24,446 bases of DNA from positions 1 to 24,446 of the IMG/VR virus record IMGVR_UViG_3300005805_000475. The stretch is one strand, 5' to 3'. A model generated the notes under the pieces. The model worked only from the letters and a program-made list of their open reading frames with translations. It ran no database searches and was not told the DNA's origin. The position numbers and the translations under genes were made by a program. Shown here in pieces: positions 1 through 8,584 of the stretch. Position 1 is the stretch's first letter; every line of letters starts with the position of its first letter. Source of the stretch: a virus (lineage: Duplodnaviria > Caudoviricetes).

Positions 1-2
1 AA

Positions 3-236
3 AAAGATGGTGAAATATATGGATCTTCAGAAGATGGAAGAATGGCTTTTGCAACTATGCATGATAAAGACGAACACAAAAGCATCAAAAACGAAATTAG
101 GGTATTAGCTATTAATCTTGTAAAAAGTTTAGAAGATGAAAAATCAGAATCTATGTTCAGCATCAAACAAATGAAAAAAATAAAAGTTTTAGATAGAGAA
201 GAAGTTGAAAAAATACTTCACAAAAAAATAAAATGA
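3..236 (+). CDS. Hypothetical protein, 5'-truncated by the window edge
   Basis: The frame of track ORF 42..236 is open back to position 3 (KDGEIYGSSEDGR-MAFA...). Its stop overlaps the next ATG (ATGA, 233-236). Confidence 0.6.
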   Translation, partial: KDGEIYGSSEDGRMAFATMHDKDEHKSIKNEIRVLAINLVKSLEDEKSESMFSIKQMKKIKVLDREEVEKILHKKIK

Positions 237-904
237 CATTTCCATTTCAAAAAAATCAGCACATTAGAAAATATCAATGTTTTGTATGTGGTATGTCGTA
301 TACAGAGTATTCAGAATATTGTAGCCACATTAAAGCTGTTCACGAAATGGGTAGAGATTATGTTATTTGTCCCTTACAAAGATGTGGTTGTCCTGTAAGA
401 GATCTTAGATTGCACTTTAAATCAAAACATCCAAATGAAAAAAATATTCCTAAAATTGGACAGATGCGAGCAACCATATGGAAAGATATAGATAAAAAAA
501 ATGGAAAATTAACTTCAAGAAAACCCAAGTTTCGTGAAGGATATTTTATGTCTGCGAAAAACGGAAAAGAGATGCATTACAGGAGTGGATATGAAGTAGA
601 AGTATACGAATGCCTAGAAAACATAACAGAAATAATTAAATATGATGTAGAACCTTTCAAAATAGATTACATTTTTGAAGGTGAAAAACACGAATACAAT
701 CCAGATTTAAGTATTTATTTTATAGATGGTCATGTTGAAATATGGGAAATAAAACCAGCAAATCAAACACAATTACCAAAAAATCAAGCAAAATGGGCTG
801 CTTGTCAACATCATTGTCAAGCAAGAGGCTGGCAATTCATGGTAATGACAGAAGTTGGTATAGGAAAACTTAAAAATGCAGTAAGAGAAAACCATAAATA
901 CTAA
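233..904 (+). CDS. TnsA-N / T4 gp4-like (head completion) PD-(D/E)xK endonuclease with two N-terminal C2H2 zinc fingers
   Basis: YRSGYE, EPFKIDY, YNPDL, EIKP, NQAKW and GWQFMVMTE match the gp4/TnsA_N pattern. The N-terminus has CFVC-x12-HIKAVH and CPLQRC-x9-HFKSKH. Confidence 0.8.
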   Translation: MTFPFQKNQHIRKYQCFVCGMSYTEYSEYCSHIKAVHEMGRDYVICPLQRCGCPVRDLRLHFKSKHPNEKNIPKIGQMRATIWKDIDKKNGKLTSRKPKFREGYFMSAKNGKEMHYRSGYEVEVYECLENITEIIKYDVEPFKIDYIFEGEKHEYNPDLSIYFIDGHVEIWEIKPANQTQLPKNQAKWAACQHHCQARGWQFMVMTEVGIGKLKNAVRENHKY

Positions 905-1272
905 TCACCAGCTTCCAATCTTATGCTATCTGAATTTTCATGATGTGTAGAAAACTCAATAATTTTGGCCCCATGCTCGCCTGCAATCATTTGATGTACA
1001 CAATTTGTTTGAATGTGAAATGACATGCCTTTTTTCAATTCAATTTTATTTTTATTCTCTGAATTTAACCAATAATAAATTAATGTAATAGAACCTTCGT
1101 CAACATACAAAACTTCATCTTTCACTATGTGATAATGAACCGAACATTTTTTATTTGGATCAAATATTAAAAATTTACCACAATATTTATCATTATTGCA
1201 AATCCACTGTTCGTGTCCCCAACCTTTTTTTACAATCACATGAGGTTGTATTGTAGTATTTTCTAAGAACAT
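901..1272 (-). CDS. Cupin-fold protein (sugar isomerase / mannose-6-phosphate isomerase-like)
   Basis: VKKGWGHE, CSVHYHIVKDE and a downstream HQM metal-ligand pattern typical of small phage cupins. Confidence 0.75.
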   Translation of the reverse strand: MFLENTTIQPHVIVKKGWGHEQWICNNDKYCGKFLIFDPNKKCSVHYHIVKDEVLYVDEGSITLIYYWLNSENKNKIELKKGMSFHIQTNCVHQMIAGEHGAKIIEFSTHHENSDSIRLEAGD

Positions 1273-1892
1273 TTATAAACTCTCTCAATGTAGGGTACAA
1301 GTAAGTCTCTAATCTTAAAATGCAAATCACATATTTCTTTGTCGTTAATTAAAAAAAAGTCATAATACTTACTTCCCTCTGGAGCATTCGGATCATTGTG
1401 AATTATTTCACCTTCCTTTTGATTTTTTAGACACCACTCAATAATAGGTTTTATTTGTGCTTCCGATGGATTTTCATCATTGTTAAAATATCCGGGTCTA
1501 TAAATGATAACATTTACGCCCTCTTTTTCACGGATGTGTTTTGCTTCGTTAATGTAACGACAATCTGATATAACAAGTTGTTTAGAATTGTCCCGTAAAG
1601 CTATATCAATCCAAATATCACTTACAATTTTTCTAAATCCATCTCCAACAAATTGTAAAGATTTTCTTATATTCATGAGCATTCCGGGAGGTGGCTCATC
1701 TATTCTTTTCCACTTTTCCAAGAAATCTCTATCTACATTAAAAGCCCTGCAAAATGTATCTTTAACAGCATTTGCAAAAGCTCCTCGTTCCCAGTCACCA
1801 ACAGTTTGAACTCTGTTTAATTCTTGTGCCAAATAATCAGCAGCAGTATCTTTTCCCATAGCTAGTTGCGAAGCAAAGCCAACAATTTTCAT
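1263..1892 (-). CDS. Deoxynucleoside monophosphate kinase (T4 gp1-like)
   Basis: KIVGFASQLAMGKDTAA P-loop, AFANAVK, RKSLQFVG, WID, VISDCRYINE. Start moved from track 1922 to ATG 1892, which follows an AAGGGG SD. Confidence 0.85.
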   Translation of the reverse strand: MKIVGFASQLAMGKDTAADYLAQELNRVQTVGDWERGAFANAVKDTFCRAFNVDRDFLEKWKRIDEPPPGMLMNIRKSLQFVGDGFRKIVSDIWIDIALRDNSKQLVISDCRYINEAKHIREKEGVNVIIYRPGYFNNDENPSEAQIKPIIEWCLKNQKEGEIIHNDPNAPEGSKYYDFFLINDKEICDLHFKIRDLLVPYIERVYKCS

Positions 1893-1991
1893 AATTTTCC
1901 CCTTTAAGGTTTTATACATCATATTTTATTTGTAAAATAATATCAACTACCAAGTCTGTTTTTTAACCAGTAATATTGCTTATAATTGCAT

Positions 1992-2252
1992 ATGAAGAAT
2001 GTAGAACCAATTTGTAAAAATTGCTTGCTTTACAATCACGAAAAAAAAGAATGTAAAGTAGCAATTCTTGTTAATGGGGTTGAGTACCATCTTCCCGTAC
2101 AACAAAATGACCGATGTCATATGGACGAACTTGGAATTGAAGTGCAACAGGTAAGATGGTGGACCGAAGACGATCAAGGCAATCCAACCGATGGTAACGG
2201 CACAGTAAAAATAGAATATCCCAAAAATTTCTTTGGTAAAGAAAAGAATTAA
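1992..2252 (+). CDS. Small Cys-containing hypothetical protein, possibly Zn-binding
   Basis: CKNC...C...C pattern. ATG 1992 lies 5 nt after TATAAT (1981-1986). Track ORF 1986..2252. Confidence 0.65.
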   Translation: MKNVEPICKNCLLYNHEKKECKVAILVNGVEYHLPVQQNDRCHMDELGIEVQQVRWWTEDDQGNPTDGNGTVKIEYPKNFFGKEKN

Positions 2253-2257
2253 ATCCA

Positions 2258-3088
2258 ATGGCTTGTACGGGTCCTTTTGTAAATGGTGTTAGTGGAGGCT
2301 CAGTCTGTGGCTGTTCATGCCCAGATTCTAAATGTTGTCCACCACCGTGTTGCACTTCAATTACATTGACTTTTGAATTAGGACCAGCCTACAACGAAGA
2401 AACAAACCCAGAAGGATGTAAATGCGAAGATCCAACCCCATCTCCATCTCCATCTCCAACCCCATCTCCATCTCCATCTGCTCCGGGATATCGAGCAATT
2501 GATTTTGAAAATGCAGATTGGGACACTGCAGAGAAAGAAAATTGGGAAACAGTGAATATAGGAACACATTTAATTCCTTTTCCAAAATTCATGCATAAAA
2601 ACAAACAAAAAGCAAACGATGACAATTTTGTATTTGCTTTAAATGCCAGTTGCTCTCTGCCATGTGAACTAGTAGAGGTAACTTTAGAAACCGATGGTTG
2701 TTGTCTTGAAATAGTTGACGGAACTAATGGGCAAACAAATTTTGGACCAGATGTTGTCATAAGAATGGTGGGTGATGGTTTCTTGTTTCCAACGGCAGCA
2801 GTGGGAACTTGCAAATTTGATCTTGTAGTTAACGGAACAACAATTACTGAAGAAGTAGACAGTATTGAATTACTGGATGGAGAAGAAATTACAGTTGAAA
2901 TAATTCCTACTGGTGACGGTGCCGGTTGTTGTGATCCTTGTTGGGTGGATACGCAATGCACTCCAAAGAACCTACTGTCTTCAAAAATATTTTACAGAGC
3001 TAGGTCCGTAAAACGAGGTTCTAAAGGGTATTTAAATATTACAAAGTTAAAACAAAAAATTGAAAAATTAAAGCGCAGAAAGTCTTGA
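2258..3088 (+). CDS. Cys-rich protein with Pro-Ser/Thr linker and basic C-terminus, possibly virion-associated
   Basis: 276-aa ORF with CGCSCP, CCPPPCC and CCDPC clusters, a PTPSPSPS linker, an acidic beta-rich middle and a K/R-rich tail. Confidence 0.65.
   Translation: MACTGPFVNGVSGGSVCGCSCPDSKCCPPPCCTSITLTFELGPAYNEETNPEGCKCEDPTPSPSPSPTPSPSPSAPGYRAIDFENADWDTAEKENWETVNIGTHLIPFPKFMHKNKQKANDDNFVFALNASCSLPCELVEVTLETDGCCLEIVDGTNGQTNFGPDVVIRMVGDGFLFPTAAVGTCKFDLVVNGTTITEEVDSIELLDGEEITVEIIPTGDGAGCCDPCWVDTQCTPKNLLSSKIFYRARSVKRGSKGYLNITKLKQKIEKLKRRKS
2432..2479 (+). repeat. Perfect 2 x 24-bp tandem repeat built of hexamers
   Basis: (CCAACC CCATCT CCATCT CCATCT) x2, encoding (PTPSPSPS) x2. Confidence 0.95.
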
Positions 3089-5092
3089 TGCTACTTCTTT
3101 AATCTCTTTGATTAAATCTTCTTTCATATTTAAAATTTTCTTCAACTTGTCATGGTCTATCTCGTTTACAGCATCAACATTCTTGAAGCCCAAATCGTAA
3201 AGTTTTGTTGCCCTTACTTTTCCAATGTTTGGCAATCGACACAAATTTATAAGATGTGCAGGAACTCCATAACCAATCCTAGATGCAACTTCTTGAAAAA
3301 AAGCTTCCTGACCCCATTTACCACTCATAGAATCTAGTGCCAATAAAATTTGTTGAACTCTTTCAAAATCAGTTTGCAAGCCTCTTTGATATCCAGCAAG
3401 ACTGGTCACATGCGATCCATTTAACAAGTTGTAATAACAAAAAGCTGCTTTTTTTATACCCTCTGTAAAAAATTTATATTCAGAAAAACAATCTCTTTGT
3501 AGCTTTTTATCAAACAAGCTTAGTTCTTGTTTCTCCGCAGAATTGACAATATTAGCTTTGTTTGAATCTATATTAGCCAAACATAAAGCCACATGTAAAT
3601 CAGATTTTTGTTTATTGTCTTTAAATAAAAAATAAAAATTCTTACTGTAATCAGCAATATCAAAAGGAGAAAAATAAAAAATACTCGCTATTTTCCCTAT
3701 GCTTGAAACTTTTAGCATACCATCATTATCAAATACAATTTTTTTATCTATCATTTCTTTTAAAATTTGATTTACATATGTAGGATTTAAGTGCCTTGAT
3801 TGAAAATAAGCCAAAGATCTTTCAAACCAAGTGTTTATATCTTCGATTTTTTCAATATTCTCATGAAAAATTTCGCTAACCAAATGAAAGGCAAGATTTC
3901 TAGGTTTTTCTAAAAGTTTTGAAATAATTTGTTGAGGTGCGTTTAATCTATCTCTGTGTCTTTTTGCATCAGAGTTTGGCAATAAAATATATGCATCTCC
4001 ACGAGGATCAATGCCCAATCTTCCTGATCTGCCAACCATTTGAGTTACATTATAAGTTTCAACTTCGTCTTTGCCACGATGAACTCCAAGAATTATAACT
4101 CGTCTAGCTGGTGTGTTGACTCCCCAAGCCAAGGTTGGAGTCGCAACAATAATTCGCAGTCCGTCTTTTTTCTTAAATCTTTTTTCTAAATCTATTCTTT
4201 TTGATTTATCTAAATCAGCATTGTGAAATTCGCAATCAATTGAATTGGCTTTAAATGTTTTGGTGATCAATTCACCAGTTCTTTTTGTGTGGGCAAATAC
4301 TAAAAACTTATCATCTGGATAATCATTTACGATGTCTAAAGCTTTCTCTATTTTAGCTTTTTCTTCCATATCGTAACTGTAACAATTGTCATCATCATAA
4401 TTTTCATAATGAATTCCCAAAGGTACTGGTCTATATTCTGAATCTAAAATATAAGTTTTTTTATTGTTAAGTTTAGATAACCACTCTGCTATTTGTTTGA
4501 CATTTGGCATAGTTGCCGATAAAAAAACAACTCTACAATTTGGATTAATTTGCGTAAATTTCATTAATCCAACTTCCAAATGTTCACCTCGTCCCGGCAC
4601 TGTAAGTAAATGAGATTCATCAATAACTAATGTGCCTATATCTTTTAAATACAAACTTTTTTCAGAATTTATATTTCTAGCTCGATGATTCAACATTTCC
4701 GATGTCATAATGATAAGATCAGATTTTTTTAATTCATCTTGTCTCTTGTCTGTGATTCTGTAATCGCCTGTGCAAATAGAAATGTTTGCATCGAAGAAAT
4801 GATAAGATGCATCAGTCCACTGATCTATTTTTTCTTGAGCCAAAGCCTTAAGCGGAGCAAGAAACATACCCTTGCCACCTCTTTTTCTTATTTCATGTGC
4901 CAGAAACATTTCAGCAATCACTGTTTTACCAGCACTCGTTTTTGCAGCCACTAACACATTGGCATCTTCTTCAAATATTTCAAATATTCTACTTTGAACT
5001 GGGTTAAATTTTTCAAATTCCCATTTGGCAAAAGGATATTTTGAACAATCTACTAATTCGAATTGATCTTTTATTTCAACAATCTCTTCCAT
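3068..5092 (-). CDS. Ski2-like SF2 helicase of Hel308/Hjm type with C-terminal helix-hairpin-helix
   Basis: Q motif FNPVQ, AKTSAGKT, APLKALAQEK, DESH, LSATMPN, RPVPL, TPTLAWGVNTPA, QMVGRSGR and HhH LPNIGKVRATKL. Start moved from track 5128 to ATG 5092 (SD AAAGGG). Confidence 0.9.
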   Translation of the reverse strand: MEEIVEIKDQFELVDCSKYPFAKWEFEKFNPVQSRIFEIFEEDANVLVAAKTSAGKTVIAEMFLAHEIRKRGGKGMFLAPLKALAQEKIDQWTDASYHFFDANISICTGDYRITDKRQDELKKSDLIIMTSEMLNHRARNINSEKSLYLKDIGTLVIDESHLLTVPGRGEHLEVGLMKFTQINPNCRVVFLSATMPNVKQIAEWLSKLNNKKTYILDSEYRPVPLGIHYENYDDDNCYSYDMEEKAKIEKALDIVNDYPDDKFLVFAHTKRTGELITKTFKANSIDCEFHNADLDKSKRIDLEKRFKKKDGLRIIVATPTLAWGVNTPARRVIILGVHRGKDEVETYNVTQMVGRSGRLGIDPRGDAYILLPNSDAKRHRDRLNAPQQIISKLLEKPRNLAFHLVSEIFHENIEKIEDINTWFERSLAYFQSRHLNPTYVNQILKEMIDKKIVFDNDGMLKVSSIGKIASIFYFSPFDIADYSKNFYFLFKDNKQKSDLHVALCLANIDSNKANIVNSAEKQELSLFDKKLQRDCFSEYKFFTEGIKKAAFCYYNLLNGSHVTSLAGYQRGLQTDFERVQQILLALDSMSGKWGQEAFFQEVASRIGYGVPAHLINLCRLPNIGKVRATKLYDLGFKNVDAVNEIDHDKLKKILNMKEDLIKEIKEVASRLSAL

Positions 5093-5149
5093 AATAATGC
5101 CCTTTGTTTGAATTAGACATGATAACAAAAAGATAAAAATTTAAAAAGA

Positions 5150-5608
5150 CTAGAATGGCAAATAAGATTTTTTTCTGTTTTCCCAAATTTCAGAAATGAC
5201 TTTGCCAAGGGAAAACATTTCATCTTGCGAAAAACAATTGCTTTTCACTTTATTGCAAGCCAAACAACATAACGCAATGTTATCTAAAGTGTAATCTTTT
5301 TCGCTGTTAATTCGATCAACACCCAAAGATTCCACCAACAAACCAATTTGCGAATAAATAAAAAGTTTTGATAAATCTTCTTCACAAATACCACAATAAA
5401 AACAATTTCTTGGATTTGATTTTATCCAAGACAAAAATTCTTCCTGTGATATTAAATTTTGAGGAGACTTTTTTCTTTTTCTTTTTACGGAACAATTACC
5501 TTGTATATTTTTATATCTCTGGCAATCTTTACAAACCTTCATTCTGCCAGATTTATATTTTAAAGATATATCGTCAGTTTTACATATTGGACAATTCCAA
5601 ATAATCAT
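5150..5608 (-). CDS. HNH-fold (His-Me finger) endonuclease, probable free-standing homing endonuclease
   Basis: N-terminal CPIC/CKDC Zn ribbon, CFYCG, and GVDRINSEKDYTLDNIALCCLACNKVKS. GGAG SD. Confidence 0.8.
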   Translation of the reverse strand: MIIWNCPICKTDDISLKYKSGRMKVCKDCQRYKNIQGNCSVKRKRKKSPQNLISQEEFLSWIKSNPRNCFYCGICEEDLSKLFIYSQIGLLVESLGVDRINSEKDYTLDNIALCCLACNKVKSNCFSQDEMFSLGKVISEIWENRKKSYLPF

Positions 5609-5646
5609 ACAACTCCATAGAATGGAATATGATTATTTAGACTGTC
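5590..5646 (-). promoter_or_regulatory. Translation-blocking hairpin over the HNH SD and start codon, with a putative late promoter (TAAATA) in its 5' arm
   Basis: Minus strand CUAAAUAAUCAUA-UUCCAU-ucu-AUGGAG-uug-UAUGAUUAUUUGG forms a 13-bp plus a 6-bp stem with G-U wobbles that only work on this strand. TAAATA is at 5634-5639. Confidence 0.75.
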
Positions 5647-5657
5647 ATCTATGTATT

Positions 5658-5915
5658 TTATCGATGATGAACATCAAATCTTTTTTGATATTCACGATTT
5701 ACAACTTCGTGCATACTATCAACCATTTGATATAAATCAAAACAACCGTTGGCACCACCCAACCAACGATCAAAATCTTTGTTGTTTCCAACAAAATTTA
5801 ACACTTCTGCAATATCTCCCTGATATCGAAAATGAAGCCTGCTATGTAACACTTTCAAATTTTCATCGGAAAGTCTGTAAAAATACTCTTTTAAAAACTG
5901 ATCAATGTTTTTCAT
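5658..5915 (-). CDS. Hypothetical protein
   Basis: ATG 5915 (MKNIDQF) follows a GAGGT SD. Track ORF 5658..5927. Confidence 0.7.
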   Translation of the reverse strand: MKNIDQFLKEYFYRLSDENLKVLHSRLHFRYQGDIAEVLNFVGNNKDFDRWLGGANGCFDLYQMVDSMHEVVNREYQKRFDVHHR

Positions 5916-5929
5916 CAGAAACCTCAATT

Positions 5930-6268
5930 ATGGAAAATTTGTTTAACCGAAAAAAGTTTGAAGAATTACTCGTTTCCAAATGGGCAGATTTTTTAGATGC
6001 TCCAAAATTATTGAAAACAATCAACAAATTAGTTGATGAACACAAAAGTAATTTTGAGTTTATTCCAAACACATCATATAAAAAGAAAGGTACACAAATA
6101 ATGATATCCAGATTCCAATATGAAAATAATGGATTCATTATATGGGTTGATTTCTTAGTTCCTCTATCTGAAAACCAAATGGCTGTAGGAACTACCGAAT
6201 TGTTCCTACTATCTACAGGAATTATAAGTCATTCAAAAACATTAGGCAATATATACGGAAGTATTTAA
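5930..6268 (+). CDS. Hypothetical protein
   Basis: 3' part of track ORF 5651..6268, starting at MENLFNRKK. The upstream extension is the antisense shadow of 5658..5915. Confidence 0.6.
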   Translation: MENLFNRKKFEELLVSKWADFLDAPKLLKTINKLVDEHKSNFEFIPNTSYKKKGTQIMISRFQYENNGFIIWVDFLVPLSENQMAVGTTELFLLSTGIISHSKTLGNIYGSI

Positions 6269-6564
6269 ACTACATCCAATCGCCTTACCTGTTCTCCGTC
6301 TTGGTTTAAAAAACTATCTTCTAGAATCAATATGTTTTTATCATCTGCAAAACGCAATCCCAAATTAAAGGAATCTATACAAGCAGTGCGATCATTTTGA
6401 GATGCCATAACCCAGCAATAATCATCTTTTTTTACAAACTTACCACTTTGATTTTCTTGTGTTATACCTATTTCTAATGTAACATTATCAGGCAAAAGTA
6501 GTTGAATATGTCCGTGTTTCATAAGATGTTCAACAATCATAGATTGTATTTTTTTCTTGCACAT
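6265..6564 (-). CDS. Hypothetical protein
   Basis: 99-aa ORF with a GAGGTG SD upstream and protein-like composition. Confidence 0.7.
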   Translation of the reverse strand: MCKKKIQSMIVEHLMKHGHIQLLLPDNVTLEIGITQENQSGKFVKKDDYCWVMASQNDRTACIDSFNLGLRFADDKNILILEDSFLNQDGEQVRRLDVV

Positions 6565-6584
6565 GATTGCACCTCGAAAAAATT

Positions 6585-7055
6585 TTAAATAAAAAAAACT
6601 TTACTCGGAGGAATATAAAAGTATTTGAACCCGTCATAGAAACGATGAAAAAAATCACCTTCTTTACGAATCGGGGATTCAATCACCTTTTCCTCCTTGT
6701 TCAAATAAACAGTCCAACAATATATTTTTTTTTGCTGTTTATAAGTTTCTATAAGAGATAATTCTTTATCTCCAAGAAATAACTTTGCTAATTTGCAATT
6801 TACAGAAATTGGTAAAAATGTACTATAATCACCATAAAGTTGAATAACATCCATGTAGTAATCTCCATAATCACATCGTTGATAATGAGCAATCACAGAA
6901 TATCCATCGATGATGAATTTTCTGCTCTTAAAAATCAACAAATCTTCTTCAATTTCTTCTGAGTTTTGATGTGGATAATTATATGGAATTAAAATCTTAC
7001 CAAGATTTTTTAACTCTCGAATCGAACTTTCAATCTTTGTGATGTTGTCCGACAT
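6585..7055 (-). CDS. Hypothetical protein
   Basis: ATG 7055 (MSDNITK) follows AAGGTG. Track ORF 6585..7061. Confidence 0.7.
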   Translation of the reverse strand: MSDNITKIESSIRELKNLGKILIPYNYPHQNSEEIEEDLLIFKSRKFIIDGYSVIAHYQRCDYGDYYMDVIQLYGDYSTFLPISVNCKLAKLFLGDKELSLIETYKQQKKIYCWTVYLNKEEKVIESPIRKEGDFFHRFYDGFKYFYIPPSKVFFI

Positions 7056-7080
7056 ATTCACCTTCTGTAATGTATATATC

Positions 7081-8109
7081 CTATTCGGAGAACTTATCCT
7101 CCAAAAATTTATTGTTAAATAATGGCAAATTCAGACAATTTGTTAAAATTATTTTATCATATTCGTATTCTTTAAAAGATTTTCCAAATATTCCATCTAT
7201 GTCATACAAAGTGTTTTGTTTCATTCTCATGAAAAACCAGTTTTTTACCTCTAACATGCCAATGGATAGCGTTTTATCAGTATCAAATTCCAATAAATCT
7301 AATACATTGTTAAAATCCAACCACGAATAACCAGTCATTTGGTTGCCTTCTTCATAATGATTTGGCAAAGGCAATTTAGAAGTAATGTTTACAAAGTGCA
7401 GCAAAAACAAAATATAATTCTTAGCATCGAAATAATTACAACAAGAAGAAGAATCCATAATTCTAAATTCTATAGTTTTTCTTTTATTGTTAGACAAATG
7501 ATAAGTATTAACAGAAAAATACTTATGTCTCCCCAACGAAAAAATCAAAGATGAAGAACTCATCAATGGATACTTAACAGAATCAACAACATCTGAAAAC
7601 GATATAAGTTGACAATATTTATTTTTTTTTCTAGATAAAGGAACTATATTTGCAAAAATATATTCACATTTGATCCACCATGTCAACACCGATGCAATCT
7701 GATCTTTACTGAGATCATTTATATCTACATGCACATGAAACGAACATCTATCATCTGCTTTTATTTTTGATTCATTTCCAAATGCATCAACCACAGAACA
7801 CACTTCATGCACACCGTTCAAACCTTTTAAAACTGGTGTGCAAACTTCAATTCCACAACTACTATCAGGTTTTAAAATCCAAGAGTCATTATTGTGATTG
7901 TTTCCCCATTTTTGAATAAAAACTTTTTCTTTGACATTTTTCTGAACAATGTTGGCTACTTCATGAATGCCCTCTGGCATCGCTCCAAACTCTTGTCCCA
8001 CTGGTCTATTTCTACCGTCAAAAGCATTTATCTCTATTTCTACACCAAAACGCCTTTTAATATTGCAGTTATTCATAGCCACCTTGTTGTCAAGAACTTT
8101 AAATTCCAT
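7081..8109 (-). CDS. Putative amidoligase (COOH-NH2 ligase, Amidoligase_2-like)
   Basis: RRFGVEIE, WILKPDSS, IEVCTPVL, CSFHVHV, KYFSVN, KTIEFR. Confidence 0.85.
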   Translation of the reverse strand: MEFKVLDNKVAMNNCNIKRRFGVEIEINAFDGRNRPVGQEFGAMPEGIHEVANIVQKNVKEKVFIQKWGNNHNNDSWILKPDSSCGIEVCTPVLKGLNGVHEVCSVVDAFGNESKIKADDRCSFHVHVDINDLSKDQIASVLTWWIKCEYIFANIVPLSRKKNKYCQLISFSDVVDSVKYPLMSSSSLIFSLGRHKYFSVNTYHLSNNKRKTIEFRIMDSSSCCNYFDAKNYILFLLHFVNITSKLPLPNHYEEGNQMTGYSWLDFNNVLDLLEFDTDKTLSIGMLEVKNWFFMRMKQNTLYDIDGIFGKSFKEYEYDKIILTNCLNLPLFNNKFLEDKFSE

Positions 8110-8143
8110 TTATAATATAAAGACAACATTATAAGGAGTTTTT

Positions 8144-8584
8144 ATGAATTGTCTTATGATAAAATTAAAAGATAAAAGAAGGTTCATTACAAATAAAAAG
8201 TTTACAAAACATCTGATTGAATTTGCAAACACATTCAATGCAGAATTATCAATTGTTAACACAAATCACAAAATGATAAATAATATTGAAGAATTAGCAA
8301 ATCTAATATGTGATACAAATCACAAACAAGAAGATATTAAATGCAAAACAATCAAAGTTTTGAATAACAAAGAAGAAAATAATAACAATTTAATTTTTTC
8401 ACAAATAATTAAAACACTACAACAAAAAAAAATGATAGACACAAACAAACTTATTACAAAATATAAAAAAAAGGGAATAGATGAAAAAAACATCTATTCC
8501 CAAATTAAAAAAGCAAAAAACCATATTAAAAAAATCGGAATAACACTGAAAAAAATAAGCAAATCACAATTTACTGCTATTTAA
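8144..8584 (+). CDS. Basic hypothetical protein, possibly nucleic-acid binding
   Basis: Strong TAAGGAG SD before the ATG. K/I/N-rich 146 aa. Confidence 0.65.
   Translation: MNCLMIKLKDKRRFITNKKFTKHLIEFANTFNAELSIVNTNHKMINNIEELANLICDTNHKQEDIKCKTIKVLNNKEENNNNLIFSQIIKTLQQKKMIDTNKLITKYKKKGIDEKNIYSQIKKAKNHIKKIGITLKKISKSQFTAI

Noticed and set aside
233-904. Tn7-like transposon inferred from the TnsA-like domain
   Set aside because: No TnsB/TnsC genes or terminal repeats. This domain is a normal T4-like gp4 family member.
2361-2961. Minus-strand ORFs with RWRW, EMEM or DGDG repeats
   Set aside because: They are alternative-frame readings of the CCATCT repeat within the Cys-rich gene.
5651-5929. 205-aa + strand ORF fully overlapping the 5658..5915 gene
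   Set aside because: The N-terminal part reads as an antisense shadow. The minus gene has a good SD and the plausible + protein starts at ATG 5930.
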